A stretch of 64,000 nt of DNA from Pristiophorus japonicus (taxonomy: Eukaryota), in NCBI RefSeq assembly GCF_044704955.1, contig NC_091990.1:179800001-179864000 (forward strand), read 5' to 3'. Positions 1-11,626 of this stretch are shown here, piece after piece; position 1 is the stretch's first letter, and each line of letters starts with the position of its first letter. The notes below the pieces were generated by a model. It saw only the letters and a program-made list of their open reading frames with translations, was not told the DNA's origin and searched no databases. The translations under genes and the position numbers were made by a program.

Positions 1-500
1 ACTATTGTAGTCTGATCATTTGGTACGGTAACAATGTAGTCTGGTCATGTGATACGGTATCATTGTAGTCTGGTCATGTTGTATGGTATCATTGTAATCT
101 AGTCATATGGTACGGTGTCATTGTATCTGGTCATGTGGTACAATACCGTTGTAGTCGAGTCATGTGGTACGGTATCACTGTAGTCTGGTCATGTGGTACA
201 ATACCATTGTAGTCGAGTAATGTGGAATGGTATCACTGTAGTCTGGTCATGTGGTACGGTATCATTGTAATCCAGTCATGAGGTTCAGTATTATTGTACT
301 CTGGTCATACGATACAATATCATTGTAGTCTGGTCATGTGGTACATTATCACTGTAGTCTGGCCATGTAGTATGGTGTCATTGTAATCTGGTCATGTGGT
401 ACAATATAATTGTAGTCTAGTCATGTGGTACAATATAATTGTAGTCCAGTCATGTGGTACAATATCATTGTAGTCTGATCATGTGGTATGGTATCATTGT
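1..500. repeat. 29-bp tandem satellite, block 1 (runs off window start)
   Basis: Repeated unit ~TGTAGTCTGGTCATGTGGTACGGTATCAT; the 29-nt period is measurable in later blocks (e.g. cggtatcatt at 2101 and 2130). Confidence 0.95.
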
Positions 501-2074
501 CATCATCATCAACATCATAGGCAGTCCCTCAGAATCGAGGAAGACTTGCTTCCACTCTTAGAACGAGTCCTTAGGTGGCTGAACAGTCCAATATGAGAGC
601 CACAGTCCCTGCCACATGTGGGACAGACAGTCATTGAGGGTTAGAGAGGGTGGGACAGGTTTGCCGTGCGTTCTTTCCGCTGCCTGCACTTGTTTTCTGC
701 ATGCACTCAGTGATGAGACTCGAGGTGCTCAACGCCCTCCCGGATGCACTTCCTCCACTTAGGGCGGTCTTTGGCCAGGGACCCCAAGGTGTCGGTGGGG
801 CTTTGAGGATGTCCTTGTAACGTTTCCTTTGCCTACCCTTGGCTCGTTTCCCATGAGGAGTTCCGAGTAGAGCGCCTGCTTTGGGAGTCTCATGTCTGGC
901 ATGCGGACAATGTGGCCCGCCCAGCGGAGCTGACCATGCGTGGTAAGTGCCTCAATGCTGGGGATGTTGGCCTGGTCGAGGACGCTAACGTTGGTGCGTC
1001 TGTCCTCCCAAGGGATTTGTAGGATCTTGCGGAGGCATCGTTGATGGTATTTCTCCAGTGACTTGAGGTGTCTACTGTACATGGTCCATGCCTCTGAGCC
1101 ATACAGGAGGGCGGGTATGACTACAGCCCTGTAGACCATTGGCTTGGTGGTAAATTTGAGGGCCTGATCTTCGAACACTCTTTTCCTCAGGTGGCCGAAG
1201 TCTGCACTGGTGCACTGGAGGTGGTGTTGAACCTCCTCATCAAGGTCTGGTTTTGTTGATAAGAGGCTCCCGACGTATGGGAAATGGTCCAGGTTGTCCA
1301 GGGCCGCGCCCTGGAGGCCATTGCTGTGCGGTGAGGACAAGCTGGTGGAGGATCTTTCTCTTACGGATATTTAGCGTAAGGCCCATGCTTTCGTATGCCT
1401 CAGTAAATACGTTGACTATATCCGGGACTTCAGCCTCTAAGTGTGCGCAGACGCAGGCATCATCCGTGTACTGTAGCTCGACGACAGAGGTTGGGGTGGT
1501 CTTGGACCTGGCCTGGAGGCGGCGAAGGTTAAACAGCTTCCCACTGGTTCTGTAGTTTAGTTCCACTCCAGCGGGGACCTTGTTGACTGTGAGGTGGAGC
1601 ATGGCAGCGAGGAAGATTGAGCAGAGGGTTGGAGCGAAGACTCAGTCCTGTTTGACCCCGGTCCAGACGTGGATTGCATCTGTAATGGATCCGTTGGTAA
1701 GGATCACAGCCTGCATATCGTCGTGGAGCAGGCAAAGGATGTTGACGAACCTTTGGGGGCATCCAAAATGTGTGAGGACACTCCATAGACCCTCGCGGTT
1801 GACAGTGTCAAAGGCCTTTGTAAGGTCGAAGAAGGCCATGTATAAGGGCTGGCGCTTATCCCTGCATTTTTCCTGCAGCTGTCGCTCTGCAAAGATCATG
1901 TCCGTTTTGCCCGTAGGGGATGAAATCTGCACTGTGGTTCCGGGAGGAGCTCCTCGGCCACAGGGAGAAGATAGTTGAGGAGAACTCTAGCGACGATTTT
2001 CCCAGTGGCTGATATTTGATAGCAGGGAGATTCCTCTGCCGTTGCCACAGTCGGACTTGTCCCCTTTTTTAAAA
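501..2074 (-). mobile_element. RTE-clade LINE, 5'-truncated, frameshifted
   Basis: Minus-strand RT fragments (FFDLTKAFDTVNREGLW, ELQYTDD, LLYGSEAW, QLRWAGHIVRM); (GAT)n 3' tail at 501-518; candidate TSD tatcattgt (492-500)/taccattgt (2075-2083). Confidence 0.93.
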
Positions 2075-2240
2075 TACCATTGTTGTCCAGTCATGTGGTA
2101 CGGTATCATTGTAGTCTGGTCATGTGGTACGGTATCATTGTAGTCTGGTCATGTGGTACAGTATCATTGTAGTCTGGTCATGTGGTATGTTATCATTTTA
2201 GTCTAGTCATGTGGGACAATATAATTGTACTCTATCGATG
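2075..2240. repeat. 29-bp satellite, block 2
   Basis: Same unit as 1-500. Confidence 0.92.
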
Positions 2241-3129
2241 ACAGAGGTTGGGATGGTCTTGGACCTGGCCTGGAGATGGCGAAGGTTGAACAGCTTCCCA
2301 CTGGTTCTGTAGTTTAGTTCCACTCCAGCGGGGAGCTTATCAACTGTGAGGCGGAGCATGGCAGTGAGGAAGATTGAGAAGAGGGTTGGGGCAATGACGC
2401 AGCCCTGTTTGACCCCTGTCCGGACGTGGATTGGGTCTGTGATGGATCCGTTGGTAAGGATCACGGCCTGCATGTCGTCGTGGAGCAGGCGGAGGATGGT
2501 GACGAACTTTTGGGGGCATCCGAAATGGAGGAGGACGCTCCATAGACCCTCGCGGTTGACAGTGTCAAAGGCCTTTGTCAGGTCGAAGAAGGCCATGTAT
2601 AAGGGCTGGTGCTGCTCCCTGCATTTTTCCTGCAGCTGTCGCGCTGTACAAATCATGTCCATTGTACCCCGGAGGGGACGAAATCCACACTGTGACTCCG
2701 GGAGGAGCTCCTCGGCCACAGGGAGAAGACGGTTGAGGAGGACTCTAGCAACAACTTTCCCAGTGGTTGATAACAGGGAGATTCCTCTGTCGTTGCCGCA
2801 GTCGGACTTGTCCCCTTTTTTAAAGATGGTCACGATCACTGCATCTCTAAGATCTCCCGGCATGCTCTCCTCCCTCCAAATGAGAGAGACGAGGTTGTGT
2901 ATTTGCGCCAGTAATGCCTCTCCGCCATACTTCATTGCTTCAGCAGGAATTCCATCCGCTCCCATAGGCTTGTTGTTTTTTTAGCTGTCTTATGTCCTTT
3001 TCTACCTCGTGCAGTGTTGGGGTCTCAGTGAGGTGGTGGCGGGTCGCATGCTGCGGAATGGAGTCGTGAACACTCGAGTCAAAGGCAGAGTCTCGATTGA
3101 GGAGATCTCGAAGTGTTCCTTCCAGCGTA
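2241..3129 (-). mobile_element. RTE LINE, inverted 5' segment of a twin-primed insertion
   Basis: ORF 2207..2965(-) encodes the RT N-terminal half (GADGIPAE, RGISLLS, ESQCGFRP, GVKQGCVIAPTLF); it ends where the forward segment at 3130 begins. Confidence 0.92.
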
Positions 3130-4134
3130 CTGTCATCGTCGAGCTACAGTACGCGAGCGATGCCTGCGTCTGTGCACACACAGAGGCTGAACTCCGGACA
3201 TTGTTGACGTATTTACCGAGGCATATGAAAGCATGAGCCTTACGCGAAACATTAGTAAGACAAAGGTCCTCCACCAGCCTGTCCTCGCCGCACAGCACTG
3301 CCCCCCAGACATCAAGATCCACGGCGTGGCCCTGGACAACGTGGACCATTTCCCCTATCTCGGGAGCCTCCTATCAACACGAGCAGGCATCAACGACGAG
3401 ATCCAACACCACCCCCAGTGCGCCAGTGCAGCCTTCGGCCGCCTGAGGAAAAGAGTGTTTGAAGACCAGTCCGTCAAAACTGTCACCAAGCTCATGGTCT
3501 ACAGGGCCGTAGTAATACCCGCCCTCCTGTATGGCTCAGAGACGTGGACCATGTACAGTAGACACCTCAAGTCGCTGGAGAAGTACCGCCAGCGATGTTT
3601 CTGCAATATCCTGCAAATCCCCTGGGAGGACAGACACACAAACGTTAGCGTCCTCGTCCAGAACAACATCCCCAGCATTGAAGCACTGACCACACTTGGT
3701 CAGCTCCGCTGGGCCGGCCACATAGTTCGCATGGCAGACACGAGACTCAAAGCAAGCGCTCTACTCGGAACTCGTCCACGGCAAACGAGCCAAAAGCGGG
3801 CAGAGGAAACGTTACAAGGACACCCTCAAAGCCACCCTGATAAAGTGCGTCATCCCCACTGACACCTGGGAGTTCCTGGCCATAGACCACCCTAAGTGGA
3901 GAAAGTGCATTCGGGAGGGCACTGAGCTCCTCGAGTATCGTCGCCGAGAGCATGCAGAAATCAAGCGCAGGCAGCGGAAGGAGCGTGCGGCAAACCAGGT
4001 TCCCTGTCCACCCTTTCCCTCAACGACCATCTGTCCCCCTACCTGTGACAGGGACTGTTCAGCCACCTAAGAACTCATGTTAAGAGTGGAAGCAAGTCTG
4101 CCTCGATCCTGAGGGACTGCCTATGGTGATGATG
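3130..4134 (+). mobile_element. RTE LINE, forward 3' segment of the same insertion
   Basis: Starts at VELQYA(S)DD, continues through the RT C-terminus (ORF 3233..3862), ends in gactgcctatggtgatgatg; TSD actctatcgatg (2229-2240)/actttatcgatg (4135-4146). Confidence 0.92.
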
Positions 4135-4333
4135 ACTTTATCGATGTGGTACGGTATCATTTTAATTTAGTCATGTGATACGTTATCCTTGTAGTCTGTT
4201 CATGTGTTACAATATCACTGTAGTCTGGTCATGTACAAAACCATTGTACTCTGGTCATGTGGTATGGTGTCACTGTAGTTTGGTCATATGGTACAATATC
4301 ATTGTAGTCTAGTCATGTGATACAATATCATTG
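4135..4333. repeat. 29-bp satellite, block 3
   Basis: Same unit. Confidence 0.9.
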
Positions 4334-5223
4334 ACAAACTTCCTCCACCAGCCTGTCCTCACCGCACAGCACTGCCCCCCAGTCAGCAATATCCATGGAG
4401 TGGCCCTGGATACTGTGGACCACTTCCCATATCTCGGGAGCCTCCTATCAACAAGAGCAGGCATCAACGACGAGATCCAACACCGCCTCCAATGCGCTAG
4501 TGCAGCCTTCGGCCGCCTGAGGAAAAGAGTGTTTGAGGACCAGGCCCTCAAAACTGCCACCAAGCTCATGGTCTACAGGGCTGTAGTAATACCCGCCCTC
4601 CTGTATGGCTCAGAGACATGGAACATGTACAGCAGACACCTCAAGTTGCTGGATAAATATCACCAACGATGTCCCCGCAAGATGCTACAAATCCCCTGGG
4701 AGGACAGGTGCACCAACATCAGCGTCCTCGGCCAGGCCAACATCCCCAGCATTGAAGCACTGACCACACTCGATCAGCTCCGCTGGGCAGGCCACATAGT
4801 TCACATGCCAGACACGGGACCCCCAAAGCAAGTGCTCTACTCGGAGCTCCTTCACGGCCAACCAGCCAAAGGTGGGCAGCGGAAATGCTAAAAGGACACC
4901 CTCAAAGCCTCGCTGATAAAGTACGACATCCCCACTGACAACTGGGAGTCCCTGGCCCCAGACCGCCCTAAGTGGAGGAAGTGCATCCGAGAGGGCGCTG
5001 AGCACCTCGGTTTCTGTATGCTCTCGGCGTTGAGACTTAAGCGCAGGCAGCGGACGGAGTGTGCGGCAAACCAGTCCCACCCTCTCCTTCCCTCAACGAC
5101 TATCTGCCCCGCCTGTTACAGAGTCTGTGGCTCTCATATTCGACTGTTCAGCCACCACAGAACTCACTTCAGGAGTGGAAGCAAGTCTTCCTCGATTCTG
5201 AGGGACTGCCTATGATGATGATG
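4334..5223 (+). mobile_element. RTE LINE, 5'-truncated
   Basis: ORF 4331..4891 (FPYLGSLLS...LLYGSETW...QLRWAGH), C-terminal C2H2-like finger (CPACYRVCGSHIRLFSHHRTH), (GAT)n tail. Confidence 0.93.
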
Positions 5224-5332
5224 ACTATCAGTGTAGTCTGGTCATGTGCCACAATATCATTGGAGTCCAGTCATGTGGTACGGTATCATTGTAGTCTAGT
5301 CATGTGGTACATTATCACTATAGTCTAGTCAT
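5224..5332. repeat. 29-bp satellite, block 4
   Basis: Same unit. Confidence 0.88.
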
Positions 5333-5830
5333 TAGCCTCCTTGACCAGGCCAACGTCCCCAACATTGAAGCACTGACCACACTTGATCAGCTCCTCTTGG
5401 CAGGCCACATCGTTCACATGCCAGACACGAGATTCCCAAAGCAAGCGCTCTACTCAGAACTCCTTCACGGCAAACAAGCCAAAGGTGGGCAGAGGAAACA
5501 TTACAGGGACACTCTGAAAGCCTCCCTGATAACGTGCAACATCCCCACTGACACCTGGGAGTCCCGGGCCAAAGACTGCCCTAAGTGGAGGAAGTGCATC
5601 CGGAAGGGCGCCGGTCACCTCGAGTCTCATCGGCGAGAGCATGCAGAAATCAAGAGCAGGTAGCGGAAAGAGCGCGAGGCAAACCAGTCCCACCCACCTC
5701 TTCCCTCAATGCCTATCTGTCCCACCTATGACAGGGACTGTGGTTCTCATATTGGACTGTTCAGCCACCTGAGGACTCATTTTAAGAGTGGAAGCAAGTC
5801 TTCCTCGCTTCCAAGCGACTGCCTATGATG
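5333..5830 (+). mobile_element. RTE LINE 3' fragment
   Basis: Homologous to the 3' 500 bp of the other RTE copies; TSD agtctagtcat (5322-5332)/agcctagtcat (5831-5841). Confidence 0.92.
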
Positions 5831-6208
5831 AGCCTAGTCATGTGGTACTGTCTCACTGTAGTCTGGTCATGTGGTATGGTATCACTGTAGTCTGGTCATG
5901 TGGTACGGTATCATTGTAGTCTGGTCATGTGGTACGGTATCACTGTAGTCTGGTCATGTGATATGGTATTGTTGTCTGGTCATGTGGTACGGTATCACTG
6001 TAGTCTAGTCATGTGGTACGGTATCACTGTAGTCTGGTCATGTGGTACGGTATCACTGTAGTCTGGTCATGTGGTATGGTATCACTGTAGTCTGGTCATG
6101 TGGTACAATATGATTGTCGTCTGGTCATGTGGTACGGTATCACTGTAATCTGGTCATGTGGTACAATATGATTGTAGTCTGGTCATGTGGTACTGTATTC
6201 CAGTCATG
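5831..6208. repeat. 29-bp satellite, block 5 (array end)
   Basis: Highly homogeneous ggtatcactgtagtctggtcatgtggtac units. Confidence 0.95.
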
Positions 6209-6264
6209 CAACAGATTAACGTTATTACTGTAGTTTTCTGTTTCTGGGACCTTATTTGCAAGCG

Positions 6265-6360
6265 TGACTGCTGCATTGTTCTGCAGAACAACAGTGACTA
6301 CACATCAAAAGCACGTCGTTGGCTGTGAATCACTTTGGTATATCCTGAGGTTGTGAAATT
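6265..6360 (+). mobile_element. 3' fragment of the SINE family seen at 11230-11626
   Basis: caacagtgactacacatcaaaag...ttggctgtgaatcactttgg...tcctgaggttgtgaaa resembles the reverse complement of 11255-11330. Confidence 0.5.
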
Positions 6361-7438
6361 CTTTTGTCTTTTTATTAATTTGTCTGAGCTAAAAGAGTCT
6401 GTACCCACTTGCAGCCTGCAATCTCCATAACAGTGTGGTCCTGTATAGTATTTATGTATTTCAGATCACAGGATACAGCCCTTTTTACAGTTGATACCAC
6501 CTGTTAGTTTGAAATGGGCTTACCGTGGCATGTAGTGCAGTAAGCTGAAGTTCTGGCAGAGTAATTGGATGTGACATTCATGCCTGGGATTCCCCCACCT
6601 GCTGTGCTCTGAATCGCAGTGAGTGAATGAAGTTGGGGACTGACACAATCCCAATGGGAAGGAGGAAAGATTAATAGAGTGTCACCATGGGCCACACACA
6701 CTTTTTAGAGCAATTGGTGGAGATCTGGAGAGCAGTCTTACAGGGAAAGGGAGAAAATGCCTAATAAAGAGACTTCCTCATCAAAAGCTCAAGAAAAACT
6801 GAAGTGTAAAAATATAACCGAGGCTGAACAGTGTCTTGGAGCTGTAACACAGGGCTGAGTTTAGCTGGTGTTGATAAACTGCTTTGAGTTGTGGTTGGTG
6901 ACATCATCTGATGCTTTTGATGTGGTGATGCCGTGAACAGCTTTTAAATTAGGCTAGACCTCATTACAGGGACTGAGTAGAACGTTCCAATCATAGATTA
7001 GCTCAACAGGTGAGTTGAGTATCTTTTGTGTGTTGGGGCAGGGTGGGGTGAAGTTGGAGCTAACTATAGCTCAATGATTGATTGTTTGACAGGTTTCAGT
7101 GGCGATCACTATTGGTTTCTCAGTCAATCTCGCAGCACTGAACTTCAAACTGTTTAGCCTTATATAATGGAAGTTATATTACATGAAATCATACCTGTTA
7201 TCAAGAAGAAAATAGAAAATGCCAGAACTGTACTGCAGGTATGCAGGATCATTCCCTGGAATGCGAAACAATATTAACCTGTCTTTCTCTTTCAGTTCCT
7301 AACTGACCTACCACATATTTCCAATATTTTCCTTCATTTCAGATGGTCGGCATTTGTGTTTTTTTTCTTCTCTGTTTCTACGTGTGCAGTTAGAACCTTC
7401 TGAATTATAACACTCTTGCACGATAAGGGACATGAACT

Positions 7439-7834
7439 AACATAAGAACATAAGAACAAAAGAATTAGGAGCAGGAGTAGGCCATCTAGCCCCTCGAGCC
7501 TGCTCCGCCATTCAATAAGATCATGGCTGATCTGGCTCCACTTACCCGCCCGCTCCCCGTAACCCTTAATTCCCTTATTGGTTAAAAATCTATCTCTCTG
7601 TGACTTGAATACATTCAATGAGCTAGCCTCAACTGCTTCCTTGGGCAGAGAATTCCACAGATTCACAACCCTCTGGGAGAAGAAATTCCTTCTCAACTCG
7701 GTTTTAAATTGGCTCCCCCGTATTTTGAGGCTGTGCCCCCTAGTTCTAGTCTCCCCGACCAGTGGAAACAACCTCTCCGCCTCTATCTTGTCTATCCCTT
7801 TCATTATTTTAAATGTTTCTATAAGATCACCCCT
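7439..7834 (-). mobile_element. CR1 LINE 3' end
   Basis: ORF 7334..7804(-) with TRGHSLKI...RRNFFSQRVVNLWNSLP; (TTCTTATG)n tail. Confidence 0.92.
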
Positions 7835-8414
7835 AAGTTTTAGGCCTTGCGGTTACAATGAGGTATTAACCCAGGAATTCTTAACGTATTTGCATGCATT
7901 TCGTTTATGTGCTCTTTGAATTGTTTATTTTATACAGGTTAACATTGCACTACATTTTCAGATGAGGGAATTTCTTATGACTGTGTTAAGTGTTCAAGCG
8001 CTAAAAACTCTCAGCCTAATTTCAAGGCCCTCGAGTTTATTCAAAAAAAAAATGATGTAAAATTATCCTGGTGCTCACATTTTCCTTTAGTCAAAGATAC
8101 TTAATCCGTGTTCAGCAGGACAGCTTCAGAAATTGCTTTAGATCTGTGAATCTATATATTTTGACAAGATACGAAGGATTTTCAGAAAGGTTTAATTCGC
8201 AGGTGTAGATGTTTGGGAGGTGACACAATTGTGAGTTAGACTGAGGGATTTAGCAGCATTTCTCATCAACCTTTTTTTTAAAAGAGAAGAGCTGATTGAT
8301 TTTTCATGATGGTGTCATGTGCTTTCTTCGCATTCCCTAACCTAGAATCATCCTGCGGCATCTATTGTTCTCAACACATCCTTGTCACAAGATTACAACA
8401 TGAATACGAAAGAA

Positions 8415-9570
8415 TCATAGACGTATACAGCACAGAAGGAGGCTATTCAGTCCATCGTGTCTGTGCAGGCTTTGTGCTCGAGAAATCCAAAATAAATGCC
8501 ACTGTCCCGCTTTTTCTCCATAACCTTGTATCTTCCTCTGCTTCAAATATTTATCTAATTTTCCCCTAAAAGATGCAAGATGTCTGTGGCAATACATTCC
8601 CTGGTCCAACAACCCTCTGTGTAAAGAAATTCTTCCATTCCCTCTGCTCACTCTCTTAGTGAGTGTTTTTAAATTGATGATTTTTCACCACTAAACCTCG
8701 CAACCAGAGGGAAATATTCTTTCCTTATTCACTATATCAAAACCCTTAATAATGTTAAAAACTTCTATTAAATTTCCTGCAGATCTTCTCTGTTCCAGTG
8801 GAAGTATTCCTAGCATCTCAGGGCTCTACAGATGACTATAATTTTCCATCCCTAGCATTTTCCTGGGTAATCTACATTGCATGCCCACTGTGGTGCTCAT
8901 GTCCTTTTTACAATGAGCTGCCCAAAATTGCACACACAACTCTTACAATGCTTTTGTACACATTTATCATAACGGTTTTACTCTCATACTCTATGCCTCT
9001 ATTTATAGAACCCCAAATCATGTTAGCCTTTTTATTTATAGCTTTCTTCACCTGTGCTCACATTTTCAGGGAGTTCTGTTTGAACCCTTGGAATCTATTA
9101 GCATCCTTCAGCATCTTTCAATTGAGTGAGCATTGTATTTCTTGTTTTTCCTCCCAAATGTATTACCACATACTTAATCACACTTAATTAGACGTCCACC
9201 CATGTGCCTATTCTGATAGCCTGTCTATATCTTCCTGAAGTCTTTCTGTTTGCTAAACCTCCCTACTTTTGTGTCAGCAGAACATTTTGAGGTTGTGCTC
9301 CCTATACCCAAGTCCAAATCATCCAAATAACCCAAAGAACAAACGTGGGTACAGCGCTGATTCTTGCGATATACCACTTCCATCCCTTGTCTAATCACAG
9401 CAATGCCCATTTCCCTTAACCTTTTACATCCTATCCATCAAACAACTTCCTATCCATGCTGCTACATTTACTCTGAAACCATAGACCAGAATTTTTCGAA
9501 CAAATCTCTTGTGCAACACCTTGTCAAACATCATCTGAAAGTCCATATACAGGACATCTACTGAATTCCC
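8415..9570 (-). mobile_element. Old degenerate CR1 remnants
   Basis: Degenerate CR1 3' end at 8415-8780 and RT remnants (e.g. SKCSADTKVG, cf. SKFADDTKLG) at 9180-9560. Confidence 0.6.
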
Positions 9571-9738
9571 TTTATCTGTACAATTGGTGATTTCTTCTTG
9601 TGTGATTTCCTTTTCTACTTTTGGGGAGGTGATTCAACTCTAATTGATGTATCCTTCCATTTCTTTTGCTCATCCTATTGCCCAGCTGTCCTCCATGCAC
9701 TACCAATTCTTTGCTCAACTCTGGCCCCCTCTGCTTTC

Positions 9739-10068
9739 TCATCATCATCATAGGCAGTCCCTAGAAATGAGGATGACTTGCTTCCACACCAAAAAGGGAT
9801 GAATTCACAGGTGTTTCAATAAAGGACCGAATATTCCAGATCATGAACTACATCTTGAAAGGTGGAAGATGCCTGTGCGTGGATTTTTTTAACGTGTGGT
9901 GGCCGTTGCACACCAGCCACCACACGGGCTTGACAGAGCTAGGTCTTGGTCCAGTGGCAAGGATTACCCAAGACGACTGGAGACCTGCTCTGCTGCATGG
10001 GCCTAGTGCGCGCACATATCGCAGTGTGGGCTGGGCCCGTGCTGCCCCTGGGCCCTCACCTCTTCTGG
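9739..10068 (-). mobile_element. Non-autonomous RTE-tailed element (RTE-dependent SINE-like), 5'-truncated
   Basis: Shares the last ~50 nt (gtggaagcaagtcatcctc...agggactgcctatgatgatg) with the RTE LINEs; non-coding hairpin-rich body shared with 18813-19058 and 27015-27776. Confidence 0.85.
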
Positions 10069-10150
10069 TCCTTCTGTAAATCACCTTGGGACGTTTTAAT
10101 TAAAGGCGCTATATAAATACAAGTTGTTTTTGTGCCACCTCATTCCAACA

Positions 10151-11092
10151 TAATGTAGCCAAGTTTGCTGACGATACAAAGATGGGAGGAAAAGCAATGT
10201 GTGAGGAGGACACAAAAAATCTGCAAAAGGTCATAGACAGGCTAAGTGAGTGGGCAAAAATTTGGCAGATGGAGTATAATGTCGGAAAGTGTGAGGTCAT
10301 GCACTTTCGCAGAAAAGATCAAAGAGCAAGTTATTATTTAAATGGAGTAAGATTGCAAAGTGCCGCAGTACAGCAGGACCTGGAGGTACTTGTGCATGAA
10401 ACACAAAAGGATAGTATGCAGGTACAGCAAGTGATCAGGAAGGCCAATGGTATCTTGATCTTTATTGTAAAGGGGATGGAGTATAAAAGCAGGGAAGTCT
10501 TGCTACAGCTATATAAGGTATTGGTGAGGCCACACCTGGAATACTGCGTGCAGTTTTGGTTTCCATATTTACGAAAGGATATATATACTTGCTTTGGAGG
10601 CAGTTCAGAGAAGGTTCACTAGGTTGATTCCGGGGATGAGGGGGTTGACTTATGAGGGAAGGTTCAGTAGGTTGGGCCTCTACTCATTGTAATTCAGAAA
10701 AATTAGAGGTGATCTTATCGAAACGTACAAGATTATGAGGGGGCTTGACAAGGTGGATGCAGAGAGGATGTTTCCACTGATGGGGGAGACTAGAACTAGA
10801 GGTCATGATCTTAGAATAAGGAGCCACCCATTTAAAACAGAGATGAGGAGAAATTTCTTCTCTCAGAGGGTTGTAAATCTGTGGAATTCGCTGCCTCAGA
10901 GAGCTGTGGAAGCTGGGACATTGAATAAATTTAAGACAGAAATAGACAGTTTCTTAAATGCTAAGGGGATAAGGGGTTATGGGGAGCGGGCGGGGAAGTG
11001 GAGCTGAGTCCATGATCAGATCAGCCATGATCTTATTGAATGGCGGAGCAGGCTCGAGGGGCTGTATGGCCTACTCCTGTTCCTATTTCTTA
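10151..11092 (+). mobile_element. CR1 LINE, 5'-truncated
   Basis: [23 protein letters not shown] and RRNFFSQRVVNLWNSLP motifs; conserved CR1 3' hairpin region. Confidence 0.93.
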
Positions 11093-11229
11093 TACCTACA
11101 ACAGAATTTCACAGTTTCACATTCAGCACTTGTCACCAGCACATTCTCTTCTCTCCACTCAATATCCTCCATTCCCCCACTTGGCATCTACCCCCAGTGT
11201 GCCCTCTGCTCACAATATCCTCACCCGTA

Positions 11230-11626
11230 GAAAGAAAGAGAAAGCAATCAATCACATTTCATGATCACTGGACGTCTCAAAGCACTTTTCAGCTAATTAT
11301 GTACTTTTGGAGTGTAGTCACTGTTGTAATGTGAGAAACACAGCAAGCTCCCACAAACAGCACTGTGATTATAACCAGATAAACTGTTTTTTGTTATGTT
11401 GATTAAGGGATAAATATTGGCTCATCTTCAAAATAGTGCCATGGGATCTTTTACATCCATCTGAGGTCTCAGTTTAACATCATAACCAAGCAATGGCACC
11501 TCTGACAGTGTAGCAGTGTACTGGGGTGTCAGCCTAGATTTATCTGCTCAAGTCCCTGGAATGGGATTTGAACCCACAACCTTCTGACTCAGAAGCGAGT
11601 GTGCTCCCCACAGAGCCACAGCTGAC
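11230..11626 (-). mobile_element. tRNA-derived SINE, DeuSINE/SacSINE1-like
   Basis: Minus-strand head gtcagctgtggctctgtgg (A box)...gggttcaaatccc (B box); body gatgttaaactgagacc...gtaaaagatcccatggcactatttt resembles the Deu-type SINE body as I recall it; (TTTC)n-like tail. Confidence 0.7.

Noticed and set aside
2346-2984. 212-aa + strand ORF and similar antisense ORFs over CR1/RTE copies
   Set aside because: Shadow ORFs opposite retroelement RT sequences
1-6208. 29-bp repeats resembling a CRISPR array with large 'spacers'
   Set aside because: Units are head-to-tail with no unique spacers, the interruptions are RTE LINEs, there are no cas genes, and the context is a vertebrate intron
11560-11626. 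tRNA gene
   Set aside because: A and B boxes belong to the head of a SINE; no intact cloverleaf
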